From: Candidatus Bathyarchaeota archaeon
GTDB lineage: Archaea > Thermoproteota > Bathyarchaeia > Bathyarchaeales > Bathycorpusculaceae
Assembly (NCBI GenBank): GCA_963702095.1
Contig: OY969706.1
Coordinates: 2,368,001-2,432,000 of the forward strand
Direction: 5' to 3'
Length of the DNA: 64,000 nt
The position numbers and the translations under genes are program-made. The stretch's first letter is position 1. Each line of letters opens with the position of its first letter. A model generated the notes under the pieces. That model was not told the DNA's origin. It worked only from the letters and a program-made list of their open reading frames with translations, and did no database searches. This document shows positions 42,294 through 51,466 of the stretch, one piece after another.

Positions 42294-42494
42294 TCAGGGT
42301 TGCGTAAGCACCATGTAGTAGGTTATTGCGGCAGCAGCAGCCGTGAAGCACAGCAAACCAGCAATTGTCACTATGTTATTGCTCAATATTTGACCTAACC
42401 CTAAAAGGGAAGCAAACAACGCGATAAAGCAGAAAATCGCCAATTTCAACTCCACTATTTGCTTACTGTTTTGCTCTTGCTGAATGATATCCAT
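42294..42494 (-). CDS. Small two-TM membrane protein
   Basis: 66 aa with two hydrophobic segments. Confidence 0.55.
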   Translation of the reverse strand: MDIIQQEQNSKQIVELKLAIFCFIALFASLLGLGQILSNNIVTIAGLLCFTAAAAAITYYMVLTQP

Positions 42495-42603
42495 TGATTC
42501 TCACCGTATAGCAGTACAGTGGCGTGCGGATTATAGCCCTACCATTTAGAACCACAAATCTAAACCTTAGAGCTTTTACATCTAAAACGGCGAACAGAAT
42601 TAT

Positions 42604-43671
42604 TTACCGAATTTCTGCATCTAAGACAATCTGAGATTCAAACGGCGCCGTCTCGCGGATGCTTCGGGAATAGAGGAAGGATTCGACTTTTCTGCCGTTT
42701 AGCTCAACTGCCTCAGTGAAGCGCTGCTTGAGGTTCTCGATTGTGTCAGGCATGCGGACGAACCCATAGAAATGCACCACTCCACCCACAGGCTTGATTG
42801 CATTGCAGGCTGCATCGACAAAATCAATGGCTGTCTCGGGCAAATTCATAATGACTCGGTCGGCGACGCCACAGAGTTTGTCCTTGGCAATTTCGCGTGC
42901 ATCCGCCAAGATTGGGAAAACCCGGTTGTCAACTCGGTTGACGCTCACATTGATTTTGAGCAATTCCACCGCGTTGGGGTTTAAGTCAACAGCGTAAACC
43001 TTCACCTCAGGGCACCGCTTGCCGATGAGCACCGAAAACGGGCCGACCCCCGCAAACAAATCTGCCACCACTTCCCCCGGTTGCACCAGCAAAGCCACCC
43101 GCTCATGCTCATGGCTGAGGCGAGGCGAAAAATACGCTTTAGCCACATCCACATGGTAACTGCAGCCGAATTCACGGTGGACCGTGCTGGTTTTGTCTTC
43201 ACCCGCGATAAGGGTGTAGTCGCGGATGCGGTAGATGCCGCTTATGCCTCCTGCTTTGGCTAGGACGGTTTTGATATTTGGGTGGGTTTGGAGGATGGCT
43301 TCTCCGATTTGGTTTTGGTGGGGTTTGAGTGGGGGTGGGATGTCGATTATGACTATGTCGCCTACTGTGTCGAAGGCTTGGGGCAGAACCGCAAATAACT
43401 CAGGCGGCAACTTACCGTGTAGCGCTTGCTGGAGGGTTTCTTGCGGCTGCTTCTTCTCCTCAAAATCGCCCTTTTCAACTTGGAGGTTGAGTTCCTGCTG
43501 CAACTTTTCCAGCTCCATCTGTTCTGGTTGCCTCAGCAACGGGATAAACAGATAATCGGTTTCTCTGCCAATGCCCAATCCCTTATCGAGTAAGCCGATT
43601 TTGGCTGCTAAGGCAATCGCTTTTTCCCCCTCTTTCTTGGGGACTTTGAGGCAAACCGCGGTTCTGGCCAT
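42604..43671 (-). CDS. trm5: tRNA (guanine37-N1) methyltransferase, Trm5/Met-10+ family
   Basis: YFSPRL, DLFAGVGPF, IMNLP. Confidence 0.88.
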   Translation of the reverse strand: MARTAVCLKVPKKEGEKAIALAAKIGLLDKGLGIGRETDYLFIPLLRQPEQMELEKLQQELNLQVEKGDFEEKKQPQETLQQALHGKLPPELFAVLPQAFDTVGDIVIIDIPPPLKPHQNQIGEAILQTHPNIKTVLAKAGGISGIYRIRDYTLIAGEDKTSTVHREFGCSYHVDVAKAYFSPRLSHEHERVALLVQPGEVVADLFAGVGPFSVLIGKRCPEVKVYAVDLNPNAVELLKINVSVNRVDNRVFPILADAREIAKDKLCGVADRVIMNLPETAIDFVDAACNAIKPVGGVVHFYGFVRMPDTIENLKQRFTEAVELNGRKVESFLYSRSIRETAPFESQIVLDAEIR

Positions 43672-43678
43672 GGCAACT

Positions 43679-44713
43679 TCAGCTTTTCTCTATTCGGTAG
43701 AGGCTGTTTACTTTGGTGACGGTGAATTTAACGTTTAACATTTTTTCCATAAGCCAAATGTTGGATTCGATGTGCTCGCTTACGGTTCTGGTGAGCAAGG
43801 AGGATTTGCCTTCTATCAGCGCCATGTAGGGGACGAGCATATCCGCCAAGAACACATCCGCCGTGGGCTGTACAGCCAACTCTGCGATGAGTGTTTGGGC
43901 GGCTTCTTTGCCCACATCCTCTGCCATCTTTCTGAGTTGCCCAATGGAGTCGGCGCCCAAAATTACACCGCTGTCGGTTTGTGCCCAAAGCGCTATGGAG
44001 CTGCCCTTCTGGATTGGGTTGGACTGGTCGTTTACGATTTCGATGTTGGCTCTGTAGCCGCTTTGGCTGAGTTGGGTTTGAGCGGCTTTGGTTTGACGCT
44101 CTGCCACCTGCCTATCTGCAAGGAAGGTACAGACAGAAACGCCCTTGATGCTTTGGAGTTTGCCGAAGCTTTCAAGCTTGACGGGTTTGAGGTTAGGGTT
44201 AGGTTTAACCGTCAGGGTTGCTTCGCCCATGCCTTTAGGGTAATACCCATACCTCTGAACTGAAATTTCCGCTTCCACACCCATTTGCCTAAGCGCAGGC
44301 AGCAGCACGTTTCGGAGGTAGTTGACGGTTGGGGCGTGGGTGGTGTCTGTTCCGCCCTTTGCCGCATGTAGGTGGACGGGTGTTTGGCCGAAAACGCAGA
44401 TTGGCAGTGTGGAGAGGAACAGCACGGGGATGCTTCCAGCGGTTTCGATGGTGGCTTCTATGTTGCCGCCGCAGATTTCCTTGGGTGTAAACCAGAGTTC
44501 CCTTGAACCCAACGCTGCGCCTTTGACTTCGGCGTTGCAGAGTTTAGCCGCCGTCAACACCGATTCCAAATGCTGGTGTTTCAAGCCTGGCTGGGGGCGG
44601 TTCTCTCGGATGTTGGTGATGTGCAGCGGTTGCCCTTTGATGGCGGCGACGGCTATTGAGAGGCGAAGTATGGTGCCGCTTCCGCTTTTCTGGCTTCCAT
44701 CGATTTCTATCAT
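43679..44713 (-). CDS. rtcA: RNA 3'-terminal phosphate cyclase
   Basis: IDGS..GSG.ILR, RP.PGLK.QH, GGTD, GYYPKG.G. Confidence 0.9.
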   Translation of the reverse strand: MIEIDGSQKSGSGTILRLSIAVAAIKGQPLHITNIRENRPQPGLKHQHLESVLTAAKLCNAEVKGAALGSRELWFTPKEICGGNIEATIETAGSIPVLFLSTLPICVFGQTPVHLHAAKGGTDTTHAPTVNYLRNVLLPALRQMGVEAEISVQRYGYYPKGMGEATLTVKPNPNLKPVKLESFGKLQSIKGVSVCTFLADRQVAERQTKAAQTQLSQSGYRANIEIVNDQSNPIQKGSSIALWAQTDSGVILGADSIGQLRKMAEDVGKEAAQTLIAELAVQPTADVFLADMLVPYMALIEGKSSLLTRTVSEHIESNIWLMEKMLNVKFTVTKVNSLYRIEKS

Positions 44714-44778
44714 ACGCTTTGGCTTATGTGAAATCCAATTTAAAAATAGGTTCTATAACCGCTCGTTTATGAAAGAGC

Positions 44779-45417
44779 TTATCGTAGCGGCGAGAGCGCC
44801 TTTTGACGTCTCCTATAGAGTAACAAGCTAACGATTATGGCAACGATGAGTATTACTGCGGCTGAAATCGCGACTACTAACAAGGTTGGAAAGGTCTCCT
44901 CAGCGGGGGAAGCTTGAACGGTGAAATTTAGCGTACTAGAGCTATTGGCAGAAGATGTGTAGTAGGTGTTGCCTCCCCATATGATTCCGCCGCCAACTAC
45001 AGTGACTTCTAACTGCTGAGAACCAGACGGTATGTCTGTGAAGTTGTAAGAAAACATTCCCTGACCGGTCGGAACATCCGTCAAGATGGCAGGAGTATCG
45101 ATTGTCGAATTGTAAAGGGTGATTGATTGGTTGCCAAGCCAACTTGCTTTGTAAGAAACTGAGGTTAGGGCAGTCATTAGTGTTTGCAGACCCGGGGGAT
45201 AACCTATTGCCGCTGAAAACCAAACTGTCATATTTGGGTTATTGGGCACTGCAGAGTTGTTTGCGGTGGAGTAGACAATTGTGGGGGAATCATTTAGATC
45301 GTGGTAGGGATAATTTCCGCCATATGAAAAAGAAAATCCCTGAGCGGCAGCAAACAGCGGCATTACTAAACAAACGATGCTCAGAGTTACGATGGCTGCT
45401 ACAAATTTCTTGTTCAC
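44779..45417 (-). CDS. Secreted protein with C-terminal TM anchor
   Basis: Signal peptide, Ig-like beta-rich region, TM helix plus RRRQK. Confidence 0.75.
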   Translation of the reverse strand: MNKKFVAAIVTLSIVCLVMPLFAAAQGFSFSYGGNYPYHDLNDSPTIVYSTANNSAVPNNPNMTVWFSAAIGYPPGLQTLMTALTSVSYKASWLGNQSITLYNSTIDTPAILTDVPTGQGMFSYNFTDIPSGSQQLEVTVVGGGIIWGGNTYYTSSANSSSTLNFTVQASPAEETFPTLLVVAISAAVILIVAIIVSLLLYRRRQKALSPLR

Positions 45418-45600
45418 GTTTGTCGCTCCTTCTCCTGACCCATGGATATTATAAAAAGGTATAGCCGTATGCCGTTTTGAAGGAATTGATCAGGCAACAG
45501 CAACATGGTTGATTAAAGCACATACAAACGGAAAACGGGAGATTACGCGGGTTAGCTTAGGGGTAAACCCTATTATGGTCCCTTGTTATCTGGTGTTGTT

Positions 45601-46053
45601 ATGCGCATCGTCAGTGCCTGTCTACTGGGTGTTAGGTGCAATTTTGAAGGCAAATGCTGGCTCAACCCCCAACTGCTCAAAGAATTTAAGGCAGGCAAGT
45701 TGTTTCCGGTCTGCGCTGAAGTGATGGGCGGCTTGCTGGTTCCGCGGGTGCCTTCGGAAATCGTTGGCGGCGACGGCTACGGTGTTTTGGATAGCAAAGC
45801 CAAAGTGATGAACATTGAGGGCGTAGACGTTACAGCCCAGTTTCTCAAAGGCGCCCAAGATGTCCTAAACATAGCGAAAGCTGTCGGCGCAGAGGAAGCG
45901 TTGCTCATCGAGAAAAGCCCTTCGTGTGGCTGCGGCAGAATCTTCGACGGCACCTTCACCGAACGGTTCAAAGAGGGCGACGGCGTGACGGCGGCGCTGC
46001 TTAAGCGAAACGGCATAAAAGTCACCTGCATACCCGCCCACAAACAAAGCTAG
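45601..46053 (+). CDS. DUF523 family (2-thiouracil desulfurase-like Fe-S protein)
   Basis: VSACLLG..C, PVCAE..GGL..PR, KSPSCG, G.GVTA. Confidence 0.88.
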   Translation: MRIVSACLLGVRCNFEGKCWLNPQLLKEFKAGKLFPVCAEVMGGLLVPRVPSEIVGGDGYGVLDSKAKVMNIEGVDVTAQFLKGAQDVLNIAKAVGAEEALLIEKSPSCGCGRIFDGTFTERFKEGDGVTAALLKRNGIKVTCIPAHKQS

Positions 46054-46100
46054 CCTGCTGAGACCTCCCTCTCCCATCATCAACTTGGCAGTTTCCTGTT

Positions 46101-46227
46101 CTGCTTGAAGATTACGCCACAACCAACAAGCAACTCACAGCAATTGCAGAAACAAAAAAACAGCCGCCTGCCAAACTCACAGGAAGAAGAGTAAAGGGGA
46201 CTCTGCCTTCTTCTTAAACTAGAAAAA
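46101..46227 (+). repeat. Dispersed element, copy D
   Basis: GCTTG-N10-CACAACCAACAAGCAAC-N11-GCAGA..CAGCCGCC..GAAGAAGAGTAA...CTTCTTCT..TAGAAAAA. Confidence 0.87.
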
Positions 46228-46236
46228 CAAAACTGA

Positions 46237-46647
46237 CTACCAGTTGCGCAGTACGACCATGGTGTTGGTTTTCATTATGCCTTCGACGCGGCGGATTTTT
46301 TCTATGCATTCGTTTACTTCGGTAACATTCATGCCGGTGATGACCGCGACTATGTCGTATTCGCCTGTGACTTCGTAGATGGTTTCCACGTTGGGTATGG
46401 CTTGGATTTTCTTGGAAACTTCTAAGGTGGGTTGGGAGGGGTTGGTGGCGAGGAGGGTGATTGCTTGGGCACCTTCGGCGACGCCGACTTTTACGGTGAA
46501 TTTGCGGATGACGCCTTCGTCGGTTAGGGTTTTGATGCGTTTGCGGACTGCGCCTTCGGAGAGTCCGATTTTGCTGCCGATGTCAGCGTAGCCGGCTCGG
46601 GAGTCGTCTTTGAGGTTTTTTATGATTTGTTTATCTTTTTCGTCCAT
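46237..46647 (-). CDS. Lrp/AsnC family regulator (LysM-like), divergent from lysW
   Basis: MDEKDKQI, LSEGAVRKRI, YEVTGEYD. Confidence 0.9.
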   Translation of the reverse strand: MDEKDKQIIKNLKDDSRAGYADIGSKIGLSEGAVRKRIKTLTDEGVIRKFTVKVGVAEGAQAITLLATNPSQPTLEVSKKIQAIPNVETIYEVTGEYDIVAVITGMNVTEVNECIEKIRRVEGIMKTNTMVVLRNW

Positions 46648-46777
46648 ACGTTTGCCCCGTCTTATGTTGCGGTAAAATAATTTAACGTTTTCCATACTTG
46701 AGTTTGGGAGTTGTTGCGGTTTTCGTTGTGGTGGAGTGGGCAGGATGTTGTTTTCGGTTGGGTTTTGACTGTAAAAT

Positions 46778-46837
46778 GCGTATCAAATAGGACATTAGAA
46801 CCCCATAAAGTAACAGATAAGTCACAATGTTTAAAAA
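46778..46837 (+). promoter_or_regulatory. lysW promoter: two 18-bp boxes 30 bp apart followed by TATA (TTTAAAAA)
   Basis: 44/60 ungapped identity to the argG upstream region. Confidence 0.75.
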
Positions 46838-46892
46838 CTTCTGGAAATATTCAAAATGCATTTCCTATTAAAAAAATAAGTGACGAACAAAA

Positions 46893-47102
46893 ATGATTAA
46901 ACAAGCAAATCAACCTGAAGTAAAAGCCTTCACGGCAAAATGTCCAGACTGCGACGCACAACTCGACGTACCAGCAGACACTGAAAAAGGCGAAATCCTA
47001 AGTTGCCCCAGCTGTGGACTTGAACTCGAAGTCAAACAGGTCAAAGGCGGTTGCGTAGACCTTCAAGAACTCACCATTGAAGGCGAAGACTGGGGCGAAT
47101 AA
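46893..47102 (+). CDS. lysW: Amino-group carrier protein LysW
   Basis: CPDC..CPSC Zn ribbon and C-terminal EDWGE. Confidence 0.96.
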   Translation: MIKQANQPEVKAFTAKCPDCDAQLDVPADTEKGEILSCPSCGLELEVKQVKGGCVDLQELTIEGEDWGE

Positions 47103-47175
47103 GCAGTATCCACCAAACTCTTCTTTTAAACCACCCTTTTAAGGATAAACCTTTTTTCACGGACGGCACCAAGCG

Positions 47176-48357
47176 ATGAGTATTGCACTTCTCTACGAAC
47201 GCTCGGAAAACGACGAAAACGGCATAAAACTCACCGCAGAGCAACTTGGCATCGACCTCACCTTTATTCCCTTCCGAAAAATCGCGCTCTCCATCAGCAA
47301 AGACGGGTTCCACGCTAAAACCAAAGGCAAAGACTACACCCAGACCTTCCAAGACACCAAAGTCGTGCTTAACCGGGCGCAGAGCAAGAACCGCCGTCTC
47401 CAAGCCTCCTACATCATGGAGATGCTGGGCAAAAAAACGCTTAACTCATCGCAAATCGAGTTTTTATGTTACAGTAAACTCCGCACACTCCTCAACCTGT
47501 ACAAAGAGGGGTTGCCGATTCCCAAAACCGTTTTTGTACCCTGCGACGCCACGGACGTCATGAAAAACGGCAGAGAAATCCACAACCAAAAAGACATCGC
47601 TGACCTCTTTGAGGCAGAGTTTCCACTCAGCGAGGGCATTGTGATTAAGGCGGATGCGGGGACACATGGCAAAATGATTATGCTCTCCAAGAACCGTGAG
47701 GAGTTGGAAGCTAACATCAAAGAAACCAAGCCGGGCATCATCAACCCCATCGGCGTAGTGGCACAGGAATTGGTGCAGAAATGGTTCTACGACCTGCGCA
47801 TAATCGTCTTTAAGGAAAAAGGCAAACAGCCCACATGTTACCACACCGCGATGGCTCGGGCAGGCTTCAAAGATTTCCGCACCAACACTTTCCTAGGCAA
47901 CCTCGTATTCCACTCAAAATTACCCACACCCATCCAAGAATTGGCGGTAAAATGCGGCGAAACCCTGGGCAAAGGCAGTGACGCCTACATATTCGCCTTA
48001 GACGCCATGGTCAATGTAGGCGACCATAAAAACGTTGACGAAGCCTATCTCAAACAGCAGCTGGATATGGCGGCGCAGGCTTGGCTCAACGTGCAGAAGG
48101 TTAAGCAGGACGAAACCCGCCTCACTGACTTCAAAGCGTGGAACAGCAAACTGGAAGCTGCCTTCAAATCTTATAAGGCGACGGCTGCATACGAGAACAT
48201 TAACCGCATAATAGAGGAGAGCGTGGCGCAGAATCAGAAGGCACTGGTGTTTCATGAATCCAACAGTTGCCCTGAATTCTGGGAAAACACGCGACTCGCA
48301 ACAGGCTTAAACGTGGCAGAGCCCCTGCTTAAAATGGCGGCAAGTTTAACACAGTAA
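47176..48357 (+). CDS. Divergent LysX/ArgX-like ATP-grasp ligase
   Basis: SKLRT, LPIPKT, QELV..DLR, FRTN, HESNSCPEF; directly follows lysW. Confidence 0.8.
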   Translation: MSIALLYERSENDENGIKLTAEQLGIDLTFIPFRKIALSISKDGFHAKTKGKDYTQTFQDTKVVLNRAQSKNRRLQASYIMEMLGKKTLNSSQIEFLCYSKLRTLLNLYKEGLPIPKTVFVPCDATDVMKNGREIHNQKDIADLFEAEFPLSEGIVIKADAGTHGKMIMLSKNREELEANIKETKPGIINPIGVVAQELVQKWFYDLRIIVFKEKGKQPTCYHTAMARAGFKDFRTNTFLGNLVFHSKLPTPIQELAVKCGETLGKGSDAYIFALDAMVNVGDHKNVDEAYLKQQLDMAAQAWLNVQKVKQDETRLTDFKAWNSKLEAAFKSYKATAAYENINRIIEESVAQNQKALVFHESNSCPEFWENTRLATGLNVAEPLLKMAASLTQ

Positions 48358-48387
48358 CACTAACATAACAGAGGAGAGAAAACAGAA

Positions 48388-49437
48388 ATGCGAATTGGAA
48401 TAATCGGTGGTTCAGGATACGTTGGCAGCGAACTCTTGCGGCTGCTCCTTATGCACCCACAGGTCGAGGTAACAATGGTTACTTCACGACAGCAAGCAGG
48501 AGAATTCGTCTTCAACGCCCACCCAAACCTAAGAGGCATAACACAACTCAAATTTGTCCCCCAAGACATGACTGAACTCCAGAAAAACTGTGACCTCGTA
48601 TTCACAGCCACCCCACACGGCGGCTCACAGAACCTCGTGCCCAAACTGTTGGAGGCTGGACTCAAAGTCATTGATATGAGCGCCGATTTCCGCTTAAAAA
48701 ACCCAGTTGACTATGAGACCTACTACGGCTGGAAACACGTCCACCCCGAAATGCTAAAAGACGCTGCCTACGGCTTGCCCGAGTTGCATCGGGAAGAAAT
48801 CAAGAAGGCAAAGCTGGTCGCGTGTCCAGGATGTGAAGCAACAGCGGCGATTTTGGGCTTAGCACCCATCGTGAAAGCTGGGTTGATTGACAAAGACCAT
48901 GTCGTCGTTGACCTTAAAGTGGGTTCGTCAGGCAGCGGCAGCAAACCCACCCCCGCCAGCCACCACCCTGAACGCTCCAGCGGTGTACGCCCCTACAAAG
49001 TCGTTGGGCACCGCCACATCGCCGAAGTCGAACAGGAACTTGCTCCCCTTGGCCAACCAGTCAAAATCAGCTTCACCCCACACGCCGTAAACATAATCCG
49101 CGGCATACTCGCCACCATACACACTTTCCCCCAAAAAAAAATCGAAAACAAAGACCTCTGGAAAGCATTCCGCGGCATGTACGGCAACGAACCATTTATA
49201 CGCATAGTCAAGTACCTCAAGGGACCCTACCAGCTGCCAGACCCCAAAACTACCATGGGCACCAACTATTGTGATGTCGGCTTCGAAATCGACGAACACG
49301 CCAACCGCCTCATCCTATTCTCCGCCCTAGACAACATGGTGAAGGGCGCAGCGGGACAGGGCGTCCAATGCCTCAACTTAGTCATGGGTATCGATGAGAC
49401 CACAGGCCTCAAGAGCACCGGGTTCCACCCCATATAG
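48388..49437 (+). CDS. lysY: LysW-aminoadipyl/glutamyl-phosphate reductase (LysY/ArgC)
   Basis: GGSGYVG, DMSADFRL, ACPGC, DNMVKGAAGQ. Confidence 0.92.
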   Translation: MRIGIIGGSGYVGSELLRLLLMHPQVEVTMVTSRQQAGEFVFNAHPNLRGITQLKFVPQDMTELQKNCDLVFTATPHGGSQNLVPKLLEAGLKVIDMSADFRLKNPVDYETYYGWKHVHPEMLKDAAYGLPELHREEIKKAKLVACPGCEATAAILGLAPIVKAGLIDKDHVVVDLKVGSSGSGSKPTPASHHPERSSGVRPYKVVGHRHIAEVEQELAPLGQPVKISFTPHAVNIIRGILATIHTFPQKKIENKDLWKAFRGMYGNEPFIRIVKYLKGPYQLPDPKTTMGTNYCDVGFEIDEHANRLILFSALDNMVKGAAGQGVQCLNLVMGIDETTGLKSTGFHPI

Positions 49438-50256
49438 GTGACTGATATGTTGCTCGTAATCAAAATGGGCGGATCCATCCTCAAAGAAGGCGCATCCAAC
49501 GAACTCGTAGAGGACCTCAAAGAAGTCTCCAAACAACACAAAATTGTCCTTGTCCACGGAGGCGGAGCCGAAGTCACCGAAATCGCTTCTAAATTAGGCA
49601 AAGAGCAGAAATTCATCATATCACCCGAAGGGTTCCGCAGCCGCTACACAGACAAAGAAACCATCGAAATCTACACTATGGTTATGGCGGGCAAAATGAA
49701 CAAGCAAATTGTCCTCGCCCTAGAAGCCCAGGGCATACCTGCCGTTGGACTCAGCGGATTAGACGCGGCGATTCTTAGGGCCGAGCGCAAACTAAAGCTC
49801 ATCGCGGTGGACGAGCGAGGACGAAAAAAAGTCATCGACGGCGGCTACACTGGCAAAATCACCCAAGTCAACGCCGAATTACTCAACCTGCTCCTCGAAA
49901 AAGGCTACTTGCCCATCGTTACTCCGATTGCGCTGAGCCAAGACAACGAACCGCTAAACGTGGACGGTGACCGCACCGCAGCCATCATTGCAGGTGCATT
50001 AAAAGCCGACACACTCATCATGCTCACCGACGTAGAGGGCTTAATACTTAAAGGCGAACGGGTCCCCAAAATCGCTGCTACAGAAGTCAAAGAAATCGTA
50101 TCCAAGATCGGCGGCGGCATGAGCACCAAAATTCACGCGGGCTTAGAAGCGCTCAATCAGGGCGTCGGAGAAGTCCTCGTTACATCCGGAACCGTCAAGC
50201 AACCGATAACTTCAGTGTTAAATCATCAAGTTGGGACTGTGATAACTAGTGAATGA
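49438..50256 (+). CDS. lysZ: LysW-aminoadipate/glutamate kinase (LysZ/ArgB)
   Basis: KMGGS, VHGGG, SPEG..SRYTD, LNVDGDR. Confidence 0.92.
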   Translation: MTDMLLVIKMGGSILKEGASNELVEDLKEVSKQHKIVLVHGGGAEVTEIASKLGKEQKFIISPEGFRSRYTDKETIEIYTMVMAGKMNKQIVLALEAQGIPAVGLSGLDAAILRAERKLKLIAVDERGRKKVIDGGYTGKITQVNAELLNLLLEKGYLPIVTPIALSQDNEPLNVDGDRTAAIIAGALKADTLIMLTDVEGLILKGERVPKIAATEVKEIVSKIGGGMSTKIHAGLEALNQGVGEVLVTSGTVKQPITSVLNHQVGTVITSE

Positions 50257-51466
50257 TAAAGAAATAATGGAAGCCGAAGATCATTATTTAGCAAACGTAT
50301 TTTCCAAAAAACCAGTCGTCATCACTAACGGCAAAGGCGCTCTGGTATGGGACATCAACGGCAAAGAATACGTGGATTGCTCAAGCAGTTACGGTGTCGC
50401 AGCGTTGGGGCACTGTCACCCAAAAATTGTGGAAGCCGTCAAAGCCCAAGCTGAACAGCTTATCACCTGCCATGGCTGCTACTATAACGACAAACGCGCA
50501 GAATTCATCGATAAACTCCTTAAAATCACCCCCAAAAGCCTCAACAAAGCCTTCCTAAGCAACAGCGGAGCCGAAAGCGTCGAATGCGCACTTAAACTGG
50601 CGCGTAAAGCCACGGGCAAAACAGAAATCATCGCGTTAATGGGTGCTTACCATGGCAAAACCATGGGTGCCTTGTCGGTGACATGGGATAAAAAATACCG
50701 TGAACCCTTCATGCCGCTTATCCCCGACATCAAACATGTCTCACCTGAGGGCTCAGCGAAAGTCCGCGAAGCCATCACCGAGAAAACCGCCGCAATCATT
50801 ATGGAACCCATCCGTGGCGAAGGCGGCATCCGCGTTCCACCAGACGGTTACTTACAAGAAGTCCGCGAAATCTGCAACCGACGCGGCGTCCTTTTAATCT
50901 TTGATGAAGTACAAACCAGTTTTGGACGCACCGGCAAGGTGTTTGGCTGCGAAAACTGGGGCGTCACACCAGACATAATGTGCCTTGCTAAACCCTTTGC
51001 AGGCGGCTTGCCCATCGGCATAACCGTCGCACGAGAAGATCTCATGTCCACCCTAAAAGTCGGCGAACACTCCACCACTTTTAGCGGAAGCCCCTTAGTC
51101 TGTGCTGCAGGATGCGCCGCCATCGACGCATTGATTGATGAGAAACTGGCTGATAAAGCCGCCTCAAACGGCAAATACTTCAAAACCCAACTTGAAGGAT
51201 TAGCGGCAAAACATAGAATCGTCAAAGAAGTCCGTGGCTTAGGTTTGATGTTGGGTATGGAGTTGCGTTTTGACGTTTACGGCGTCATCAAGAAGACACT
51301 TGACAGGGGTGTGCTTATTATCGACGCAGGCAGAACCGTCGTGCGTATTCTGCCGCCGCTTGTTATTACTAGACCGCAGATTGACCGAGCCATAACCGCC
51401 TTAGATGAAGCATTGGAGGAAGAAGAAACTGAGCGAGCAAACAGCAGCGGTACGGTTCCTAACTAA
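50249..51466 (+). CDS. lysJ: LysW-semialdehyde aminotransferase (LysJ/ArgD)
   Basis: NSGAES, EPIRGEGG, FDEVQT, LAKP. Confidence 0.9.
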   Translation: MNDKEIMEAEDHYLANVFSKKPVVITNGKGALVWDINGKEYVDCSSSYGVAALGHCHPKIVEAVKAQAEQLITCHGCYYNDKRAEFIDKLLKITPKSLNKAFLSNSGAESVECALKLARKATGKTEIIALMGAYHGKTMGALSVTWDKKYREPFMPLIPDIKHVSPEGSAKVREAITEKTAAIIMEPIRGEGGIRVPPDGYLQEVREICNRRGVLLIFDEVQTSFGRTGKVFGCENWGVTPDIMCLAKPFAGGLPIGITVAREDLMSTLKVGEHSTTFSGSPLVCAAGCAAIDALIDEKLADKAASNGKYFKTQLEGLAAKHRIVKEVRGLGLMLGMELRFDVYGVIKKTLDRGVLIIDAGRTVVRILPPLVITRPQIDRAITALDEALEEEETERANSSGTVPN

